A stretch of DNA of 60,222 nt, taken from NCBI GenBank assembly GCA_035637655.1, contig DASPWT010000210.1, forward strand, positions 1 through 60,222, read 5' to 3'. The stretch is from Burkholderiales bacterium (GTDB taxonomy: Bacteria; Pseudomonadota; Gammaproteobacteria; Burkholderiales; SG8-39). The position numbers and the translations under genes are program-made. Below the pieces are notes generated by a model. That model ran no database searches and had not been told where the DNA came from. It worked only from the letters and a program-made list of their open reading frames with translations. Numbering within the stretch: position 1 is the first letter of the stretch; the number at the start of each line of letters is the position of its first letter. Shown piece after piece: positions 53,423-60,222 of this stretch.

Positions 53423-54343
53423 TTATTTCGCCGCAGCCACCAGCCGCTGCTGTGTTCCAGTCCAACAGTCCTCATTGACCTGACCGGTCTTAAGGAATGC
53501 CGGACCATCGCGCTCGGCGATTTCCTTGTTGTAGAGCGTGAAGGTCAGCAGAAAGACACGGTCCAGGTACGCGCGACCTAGATAAAATCCTGGACGCACC
53601 ATGCGGATTTCGTCGCGCACTCTCGCGCCGCGGCGGCCAGCAAGGAAGTCGGGTTTCTCCTGGTAGCCGGGAATCTCGTCGGTGAAGAAATAGTCAATAA
53701 TGATGGACTCGCGCCGCGCATCGAGCAGGCTTTGCCCGCAGTAAAGTTTGGCTGGAAACAAGAGCCAAGTTTCCTTGCCGTTGACGCTCAGCCTTCTTGG
53801 TTCACCTTCGACGAGCCCCACCTTCTTCAGGATGTCGAGCTCCTCGATGCGGTTTCTCAACACGCGCTCGTCCCGAAAAAACACTTTTCCCTTCCACAAA
53901 GCCTCCCCGAGCACCGTCAGCTTGACGCCTTTGAGTTCCAGAGCCAATCCTGCGATGCCGCCCGCGATTTCGGACGCCCGAAAATCGCCGCTCGATCCAC
54001 GAGGAAATAAAATCTTGCCGTCGAATGCGCCATCCGGTATGGGGCCAGCCGTGATCCGAGCGTAGATTTGATCGATTTGTTCTTGGTCCAGACCCTCCAG
54101 ATTCTCCGGCGTAATCTTGTTGAGGTCTGCCGCCGTGAGGGGATACTTGTACTCGATCTGCGCGAAGTCGACCTTGCCTTGATAGCCTGGGCCAGATGGG
54201 GCCACGAATTTGACTTCGGGCCCTTGCGGCTTGAACCGATCGCATTCCGTCAATAAGAGCACAACGAGTGCGCTCATACCAGCGATAAGTAACACTCGTT
54301 TGTCGCGCGAGATCGTCGGATTCCATTTGCTTTGCGTGTCCAT
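53423..54343 (-). CDS. membrane-anchored hypothetical protein (306 aa)
   Basis: Single N-terminal TM helix (VLLIAGMSALVVLLLT). No recognisable motif. Sits inside the haem-protein operon with 19- and 50-nt spacers. Confidence 0.55.
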   Translation of the reverse strand: MDTQSKWNPTISRDKRVLLIAGMSALVVLLLTECDRFKPQGPEVKFVAPSGPGYQGKVDFAQIEYKYPLTAADLNKITPENLEGLDQEQIDQIYARITAGPIPDGAFDGKILFPRGSSGDFRASEIAGGIAGLALELKGVKLTVLGEALWKGKVFFRDERVLRNRIEELDILKKVGLVEGEPRRLSVNGKETWLLFPAKLYCGQSLLDARRESIIIDYFFTDEIPGYQEKPDFLAGRRGARVRDEIRMVRPGFYLGRAYLDRVFLLTFTLYNKEIAERDGPAFLKTGQVNEDCWTGTQQRLVAAAK

Positions 54344-54362
54344 GGCTGATCTCCTAGTCAGG

Positions 54363-56993
54363 TCACATGGTGGCGAGGAATGCTGTCAGCGCTTTCTTGT
54401 CTTCCTCGGACAAGTCTTCACCGAAGCGGTGACCTTCGTTCTCGACTTCTTGCATACAGGTGTCGTATCGGGTGCGCAGAAAGTCGCGCTTTTCCTTGAC
54501 TATCTCGACAAAACGTCCCGGGTGCTTCAACAGATCATCGGCAATGCTCTGCAGTTCGGGGACGATGTCCTTCTTGCCGGCCGCCTCCAGGCGCGCGGGA
54601 TTCCGCTTGGCGAGGTACAGGTCGTCGATGAATTCCTTGTGCATGAGACCGTTGAGGAATCCCGCATGGTTGCCCCTTGCAATCCTTACCTCGCCTGACC
54701 CGAACAACGCCTTTTCTTGCTTGCCATCCCAAGTGCGGACTCCGAGATCCACGATCACGTCGTCGTCGGTCAGGGTCGTCTTTGTTCCACGCTCCTTCGG
54801 GTGCAGGAGCTCATACATCGACTGCTTATAGAGCTTGAAGCGGCCCTCGACGCTCGGGTCGTATCTGAAGCAAGCAGGCTGCTTGTCGAGCAGCTTGCCG
54901 CCGGCGTCCACGTAGCGCGCGCGGAAGAACTCGTTTTCCGGGTTTTTGGGCGTGCCACAAAGTTCCGGACCGATAGCGTTGTTATGCATGAGAGGCGCTG
55001 TCGCCCAGACATTCAGCAAGGAGATGTTGCGGTAGTAACCGCGACCACCGTTCTTGAACTCATCGCGCTCCGGAATATCGGGCACCGGCTTTTTCGCGCG
55101 CATCGTCTCTGAGCCGTACTCGTAAAAGACACGTCCCGCCATGTGATTTGAATGCAGCGCCCGGCAGCGGAACGTACCAACCTCGGTAGCGGGCGTCGCC
55201 TGATCGTTGCCGAGGAAATCCTCGCGCACCTTGCGTGGATGCTCTTTCGCCAGCGCATAGAAATCACGATTCCTGAATGGGCCACCGACGTTCTCGGGGA
55301 TGCTCGAATGACAACGCGCACAGCTTGCGGCGAAGACAGTCTTGCCCCGGGCAACGGCTCGCTTGCCGAACTCTTTATCTAGCTCGTCGATGAGGTCCTG
55401 CTGGGTGTACGGAGGAGCCGCCGGATTCCTTGTCTTGCGTTCGTTGTTTCTCGCGACGTGTAGGTCCATCGCGTCGGCTTCCGCCGAGAAAAAGAAATCA
55501 AGTATGTTGGACAGCCGGTCCTCGATGGCGCGGAAATTTGGACAGTCGCGTCGGCACTGGCCGATGTTGAAAGGCGTCTGGCCAAAGCCGCGGGCCTCTG
55601 GATCCAATTGGCGGAAGTCCGTCAAATGATTGACCCAGCACGCCTCCGCGCAGGAACCAATGTTGAAATAGACGCGTTGGATCGCCTCGCGTGCGCCGAT
55701 CGAATCTTCACCGCCCTTAAGAATGTGGTGCACGCCGCTTAGCGTCACAGACTTGCCGCCGATCCTGGCTGGTGTTTTGTCGTCGCTACGCGTGCTTCGC
55801 TGCCAACACTTGCTATCGCGACCCGGCTCGCACCAGCACTTTTCTTCATCCTTTTCCGCGCCGCAGGTGTCGACCTTGCGCCATTTGTTGATCAACTCTC
55901 CGGTGAAAGTGGGACGTTGCGACAGATTGATGATCGCGTTGATCGTGCCCGGATTGTTCACCTGGTCGTGCGGGATCGCCGAGGTGTCAAGGACACCAGG
56001 CCGTGCATGCGCAAACATCTGCCACTCGAGGCTAGTGCGCGCCATCCCGGAGCCGAAAAGCTCCGACATCCGAGTGTATTGGTTGCCGATAAGGCCTTTG
56101 ATGTTTTCCCACCGTGGGCGAGCAGGGTTTATCGGGGGATTAAGCGGGTCAAACGCGATGTGGCACGAGCCGCAGGTCGTCCCGATGAGGTACGGTGGCT
56201 CAACCGACGCGTCGGCCAGTTTGCTCACCCTTGCGTCCGAAGGGATGCCGGTTTGTTTGACTAGCTTCTTGCTGAAGCCTTCCCAACCGACCGAGCCAGC
56301 GTTGAGCTGCCGCCATTTCTTCGCATCGAAGCGTGGGTTAGGAAACTTGCGAATGCCCAGTGTACCTGTTGAGGTACCGAACTTGAGGTCACATGGGGAC
56401 TGACGCTGATCCAACTTGCTTCCCTTCGTGTGCGGATCATCGGGATCGAGCGCCGCATCCTTCAAACCGCACGCAGGATCGACGTAGCCGATCTTGCCGA
56501 CGTATTTCAGTAGGACGTCGTCCCCGGGGCACCAATCGAAGCCAAAGGTTTCCTCCAGGCTCCTGGCCGGACAATTGGGATCGCCAGGCTTGCAGCAAGC
56601 CGGATCGTTTATGATGCCCCAGGCGTAGAAGCGGTCGTCTCGCTGGTCCGTTCGCAACACCCTATACCAGTCGATCAACACGCCGACACGTTGCTGAAAG
56701 GTATAGGTATGAAACCGGTCGTTGCCAGCAGTGGCTTTGAACCAGATCAGCCGCCCGACACACTCCGACTCATTCAATCCCTCGCGCGCACAAGCCTGGT
56801 AATAAGGCGCGTCCTGATCAACAATAGATTTTTCCGGCGTGGGTCGTGCGGCGTTAGCCCCTTGGCCAACCGTCGCAATAGCAGATCTGTCATCCGCAGC
56901 CTGGGCCCCCTGCGGCGTCGGGTCGATAACTGCATAGGCCATTACAAGGGAAACAAGCAGCACCACAAATCCACCGACAGCGACCCGACTCAT
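54363..56993 (-). CDS. large Cys-rich di-haem c-type cytochrome, peroxidase-like C-terminal region (876 aa)
   Basis: N-terminal TM or signal segment. CGSCH and CARCH. Reads WATAPLMHNNAIGPE ... GHRFGEDLSEEDKKALTAFLATM. Many additional Cys pairs. Confidence 0.65.
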   Translation of the reverse strand: MSRVAVGGFVVLLVSLVMAYAVIDPTPQGAQAADDRSAIATVGQGANAARPTPEKSIVDQDAPYYQACAREGLNESECVGRLIWFKATAGNDRFHTYTFQQRVGVLIDWYRVLRTDQRDDRFYAWGIINDPACCKPGDPNCPARSLEETFGFDWCPGDDVLLKYVGKIGYVDPACGLKDAALDPDDPHTKGSKLDQRQSPCDLKFGTSTGTLGIRKFPNPRFDAKKWRQLNAGSVGWEGFSKKLVKQTGIPSDARVSKLADASVEPPYLIGTTCGSCHIAFDPLNPPINPARPRWENIKGLIGNQYTRMSELFGSGMARTSLEWQMFAHARPGVLDTSAIPHDQVNNPGTINAIINLSQRPTFTGELINKWRKVDTCGAEKDEEKCWCEPGRDSKCWQRSTRSDDKTPARIGGKSVTLSGVHHILKGGEDSIGAREAIQRVYFNIGSCAEACWVNHLTDFRQLDPEARGFGQTPFNIGQCRRDCPNFRAIEDRLSNILDFFFSAEADAMDLHVARNNERKTRNPAAPPYTQQDLIDELDKEFGKRAVARGKTVFAASCARCHSSIPENVGGPFRNRDFYALAKEHPRKVREDFLGNDQATPATEVGTFRCRALHSNHMAGRVFYEYGSETMRAKKPVPDIPERDEFKNGGRGYYRNISLLNVWATAPLMHNNAIGPELCGTPKNPENEFFRARYVDAGGKLLDKQPACFRYDPSVEGRFKLYKQSMYELLHPKERGTKTTLTDDDVIVDLGVRTWDGKQEKALFGSGEVRIARGNHAGFLNGLMHKEFIDDLYLAKRNPARLEAAGKKDIVPELQSIADDLLKHPGRFVEIVKEKRDFLRTRYDTCMQEVENEGHRFGEDLSEEDKKALTAFLATM

Positions 56994-57175
56994 AAGGACC
57001 TCCGCATATGACGTAGCCTCTTAGGCAAATCTACCCTACACAGGTGCGCAACGTGCTCCTCAAAAACTCGGCCTCTGTCTGCCGCAGTTCCGAATTATTT
57101 CCAGCTGCGCCCGAACCCTCCGTACACGCGAGATCAGGTCTCGCCTATGTTTTCCCGCTAAGACACGCGCTATGT

Positions 57176-57955
57176 CTATCTCGCCCGATCGAGGATTGTG
57201 TGCCAGAAGAATCCGTTCTGGAACGCCGAGCAGGCGAGTGCGACGAAGCTCGTCAGGGTGGCGGCTGCAGTCACATCAGCCCCCTGCATAATGCCCAGAA
57301 AAACGATGGGAGAGACCAAGATTGGCAGGAGGCCGGCTCGAATCCGCGCCTTCAGGTTGACGCCCTTCTGATCCAGGAGCGTGTCGAAGAATATCTTCGC
57401 GCCCATGCCGAGCACCATGCAAACGAACAACACCACATAGAAGTTCGCGAGCGCCGAAGCGTCGGCGTTCGCAGCGCCGCCGGGGGACGAGGTTTTAGGC
57501 GGTGGTGGGGCGGCGCGTGCATCGGCGGGCGGACTTTCCGTGATGACCGGCGGCTGCGCACGTGCACTCGGAACGAGGAGGATCAGTTGCGGTAATGATG
57601 TCACCCAGGCCGAAGGCTGATCCACGACAGCCTGTTGGATGTTGTCGCTGACGACCCATCCGTGCTGCCACTTTCCGCTGCTCCAGTATGCGATCTGCGT
57701 CCAGCTTTGCGAGATCACGCCGAAGCGCACGGTGCGTTGGGCACAGACGAAGACCCTCACTTTCGCTCCGAGCACAGCGACGGGGGAACCGTAGACCCAG
57801 CCGTTCGCGGTATTGAATTCGGTCGCCGGGCGCGCGTAGACGGAGGTCTCGCGGGTCACTGCGGCACTCACCTTGCAGTCCTGCGCCGCGACGATCGGAA
57901 CGGGTCCCAGCAACACGCAGAGAAAGGCGAGCACGCGATTGTGCGCAGTCGTCAT
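57176..57955 (-). CDS. membrane protein with a secreted SH3-like N-domain, Pro-rich linker and C-terminal TM helices
   Basis: ATG at 57955 gives the signal peptide MTTAHNRVLAFLCVLLGPVPIVAAQ; upstream alternative starts exist. The C-terminal half is hydrophobic (FYVVLFVCMVLGMGAKIFF..., LLPILVSPIVFLGIM). Confidence 0.5.
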   Translation of the reverse strand: MTTAHNRVLAFLCVLLGPVPIVAAQDCKVSAAVTRETSVYARPATEFNTANGWVYGSPVAVLGAKVRVFVCAQRTVRFGVISQSWTQIAYWSSGKWQHGWVVSDNIQQAVVDQPSAWVTSLPQLILLVPSARAQPPVITESPPADARAAPPPPKTSSPGGAANADASALANFYVVLFVCMVLGMGAKIFFDTLLDQKGVNLKARIRAGLLPILVSPIVFLGIMQGADVTAAATLTSFVALACSAFQNGFFWHTILDRAR

Positions 57956-58509
57956 CCGTGCACCAGAGCGATGTCCTACGCCGTTGTCCGACATGATGTC
58001 CTCCTGTTGCAACTCACCACATATCAATCGCGCGCCGATGCCAATCGAGCTTTGATTCCTTGTGCAGTCGGAGAGGGTCTTCAGCGGACCGACATGGCCG
58101 CTGAGGTGGGCTTGCTCCGAGCAGTGGGAATGAGAGGGCGGTAGAGGACGTAAGCACCACCGCATCCATGGCGCAGAACATCGCGATCAAAGATTTTGCA
58201 GAACAAACTCCATGGCCCCCCATCCCCCTGGGCACGCAGTTTTGCGTGTTGGTGCCCCCTGGCGCCGCTGTGGTAGCTGGAACTGAAACGGAGAACAAAA
58301 TCTACGCGCGTCGTTCCTATGGGTCAAATAAGAAATTTCGAATTTAGGGACAGACCCGACATTTCCTGTAGGGGTTTACCCCGGCTCGGCCTCGCCCGGG
58401 CCATCGCAGTATCTACGCAGGGCCGTCGGGATTGATCTATCTACGAGTCAATGCTACGACAAATCCTATACTTCAAAGGACTGGCAAATGACTAAGCCTC
58501 TGAATTTAT

Positions 58510-58585
58510 TGGTAGGGCGTGTAGGGATCGAACCTACGACCAACGGATTAAGAGTCCGCTGCTCTACCAGCTGAGCTAACGCCCC
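58510..58585 (-). tRNA. tRNA-Lys (anticodon CUU)
   Basis: Minus strand GGGGCGTTAGCTCAGCTGGTAGAGCAGCGGACTCTTAATCCGTTGGTCGTAGGTTCGATCCCTACACGCCCTACCA. It folds as a canonical 76-nt cloverleaf: 7-bp acceptor, GCTC/GAGC D-stem, GCGGA/TCCGT anticodon stem with loop CUCUUAA, GTAGG/CCTAC T-stem, and encoded CCA. Confidence 0.95.
58511..58528. repeat. tRNA-proximal copy of the 18-bp att-like direct repeat
   Basis: GGTAGGGCGTGTAGGGAT lies within the tRNA-Lys 3' portion (T-stem 3' strand through CC) and is identical to 45128-45145. Confidence 0.85.
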
Positions 58586-58638
58586 TTCGCTCCCGGAAAT
58601 TCGTGCTGAATGCCGCGTGAACGGGCGAATTTTAGCAT

Positions 58639-60222
58639 CTAGGTGACCGCGGTGGGAGCCAGGGCCTCGATGTCGGTCACCACGTCCACGATCGCGGGGT
58701 GATCGGCCTTGAGCGCGCGCACGATCGCGGGCGCGAGCTCGCCCGGTTTCTCCACGCGGATGCCGAGCGCTCCGATCTCCTCGGCGACGCGCGCGAAGTT
58801 GACCGGCCTGTAGGTCCAGAGCTCGCGCGCCTGCTCGGTCTGCTGGCCGCCGTAGACGCGGTCGAAGCCGCGCTTGGACTGGTTGCCGCTCGCATTGTTG
58901 TTCACGACGGTGACCGAGTTGATCTTCCATCGGACCGCCGTTTCGATTTCGCCGATGTGGTACCAGAGACCGGCGTCGCCGGTAAACACGACCACGGGCC
59001 GCTCCGGAGCTCCGCATTTCGCTCCAAGTCCCGCCGGGAACGCCCAGCCGAGGTGCCCGGCGCTCCTCATGTAGCTCTGTTCGGGCGCGCGCAGATCGTA
59101 CATCCCTCCCATCCACATGCCCGCGTGCCCGGTGTCGACCACGACGAGCGCGTCCTCCGGCACGTTCTTCGTGAGCTCGCCGCACATGCGCTCCGGCCGG
59201 ATCGGAACGGCATCCGAGGCGAGCTGCGGCCCGTATTTCGCATACCACTCCTTGCACATCGAGCGCGCCTGCTCGACCCAGGGCTTTCTCTTCGCCGCGG
59301 TCCTGCCGTCGGCGTGCGCGAGCATGCGCTCGAGCACGACCCTGGCGTCGCCCAGCACCGACGCCTCGAGGGGGTAGTTGCGCCCCAGCGCCTCCGCATC
59401 GACGTCGATCTGGATGGCGCGGACTCCGATCTTCGGGACCGCCCAGAAATGCGTCGTCATTCCCCCGGTCTCCGTGCCGATGAAACACACGAGGTCCGCC
59501 TGCCCCACCACCCGGTTCGCGCTCTCGCGCGAATAAGTACCCACGACGCCGACCGAAAGCGGGTGCACCCCGGGAATGGAATCCTTGCCGTTGAGCGAGG
59601 TCGCGACGGGGATCGAAAGTTTTTCTGCCAAGGCGACGAGGTCCCTCGCCGCGCCCGATGCGCGCACCCCGCCCCCCGCGACGATGACCGGCTTTTCGGC
59701 GTCCTGGAGAATCCTGAGCGCGGCGCGCACGCTTCCTTCCTCCGGCTCGGGGCGAAACGGCGGCACGCGCGCGAATTGCTGCTCGACGAGCGGCTCCATC
59801 TCGGCTTCTTCGGCGTCCACCTGCCCTTCGTTGCCGCGAAACTGGAGATGCACGGGCCCGGGCGTCCCCGAGACCGCCACGCGAAACGCCTGACGCACCA
59901 TGTCCGGAAAGCGCTCCACCGCGTCCACCGTGGCGTTGAACTTGGTCACGGGCTCGAAGGCCGGCACGTCGTCCACTTCCTGGTAGACCTTGCGGAACTT
60001 GGTCCTGGGATCGCGCCCGCCGGTGAAGGCGATCACCGGCGAGTGCGCGAGATGCGCGTCGCGCAGGCCCGCGGCGAGATTGAGCGCGCCGATCACCTGC
60101 GCCATGCAGATGCCCGGCCTGCCCGAGGCGCGCGCGTAGCCGTCGGCCATGTAAGCGGCGGATTTTTCGCCGTGGGTGTGGATGCGCTTGATCTTCGTCC
60201 GCCGCTCCATCTCGGCGAAGGT
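58639..60222 (-). CDS. thiamine-diphosphate-dependent enzyme (acetolactate synthase-like); 5' end beyond the window
   Basis: The frame is open to the window edge upstream of the listed start. Reads HGEKSAAYMADGYARASGRPGICMAQVIGALNLAAGL and TGDAGLWYHIGEIETAVR...VVNNN, the ThDP motif. Confidence 0.8.
   Translation of the reverse strand, partial: TFAEMERRTKIKRIHTHGEKSAAYMADGYARASGRPGICMAQVIGALNLAAGLRDAHLAHSPVIAFTGGRDPRTKFRKVYQEVDDVPAFEPVTKFNATVDAVERFPDMVRQAFRVAVSGTPGPVHLQFRGNEGQVDAEEAEMEPLVEQQFARVPPFRPEPEEGSVRAALRILQDAEKPVIVAGGGVRASGAARDLVALAEKLSIPVATSLNGKDSIPGVHPLSVGVVGTYSRESANRVVGQADLVCFIGTETGGMTTHFWAVPKIGVRAIQIDVDAEALGRNYPLEASVLGDARVVLERMLAHADGRTAAKRKPWVEQARSMCKEWYAKYGPQLASDAVPIRPERMCGELTKNVPEDALVVVDTGHAGMWMGGMYDLRAPEQSYMRSAGHLGWAFPAGLGAKCGAPERPVVVFTGDAGLWYHIGEIETAVRWKINSVTVVNNNASGNQSKRGFDRVYGGQQTEQARELWTYRPVNFARVAEEIGALGIRVEKPGELAPAIVRALKADHPAIVDVVTDIEALAPTAVT

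Larger units (their letters stand above)
45146..58509. mobile_element. ~13.4-kb genomic island integrated at tRNA-Lys(CUU); no integrase detected
   Basis: Bounded by the exact 18-bp repeat. Lower G+C by eye than both flanks, with cargo unrelated to them. No recombinase-like ORF in any frame. Confidence 0.7.

Noticed and set aside
57956-58509. Search for an integrase or its remnant next to tRNA-Lys (including ORF 58014..58298, 94 aa)
   Set aside because: No frame shows tyrosine-recombinase motifs (R..HxxR..Y). The 94-aa ORF is low-complexity and overlaps alternative starts of the membrane-protein gene. A decayed remnant cannot be excluded without a profile search.
1-60222. CRISPR arrays, rRNA genes, IS elements or transposases
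   Set aside because: I saw no regularly spaced direct repeats, no rRNA-like conserved stretches and no transposase or integrase-like ORFs on either strand. The only RNA gene supported is tRNA-Lys.

Overview
High-G+C (by eye, roughly two-thirds G+C) chromosomal segment of a Gram-negative bacterium. The lineage is possibly Burkholderiales-like or another soil or water lineage with an expanded Bug/TctC family; this is inference only. About 60 genes are supportable. The core backbone holds six orphan TctC/Bug solute receptors, SorAB-type sulfite dehydrogenase and a GMC flavoprotein dehydrogenase with its TAT small subunit. It also holds a PQQ alcohol dehydrogenase with the lanthanide-type DYD motif, two ThDP enzymes, Ada and a redox or electrophile stress cluster (VOC x2, TetR, Ohr, DoxX, CDGSH). 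Further backbone genes are a CHASE3-GGDEF-EAL protein, KorAB 2-oxoglutarate:ferredoxin oxidoreductase with a GltD-like/ferredoxin fusion, and a liv-type ABC operon fused to a quinate/shikimate-like module. Two visibly lower-G+C accessory segments interrupt this backbone. (1) 29.24-32.24 kb is a ~3-kb insertion that truncates a host gene. It carries a five-gene operon of three translationally coupled unknown ORFs plus an Xre(DUF2384)-RES toxin-antitoxin pair. (2) 45.15-58.51 kb is a ~13.4-kb island at tRNA-Lys(CUU), bounded by an exact 18-bp direct repeat of the tRNA 3' end, with no integrase. It encodes a six-gene operon with four predicted di-haem c-type cytochromes (8 CxxCH, peroxidase/MauG-like C-termini), an unknown anchored protein and a lipoprotein hydrolase, plus a DUF2235/Tle1-like hydrolase. 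The haem operon is my best candidate for an undescribed system, and the three-ORF module next to the TA pair is second. Many long ORFs in the track are antisense or alternate-frame shadows typical of high-G+C DNA and were not called. All family assignments come from motif recognition by eye; no searches were run.
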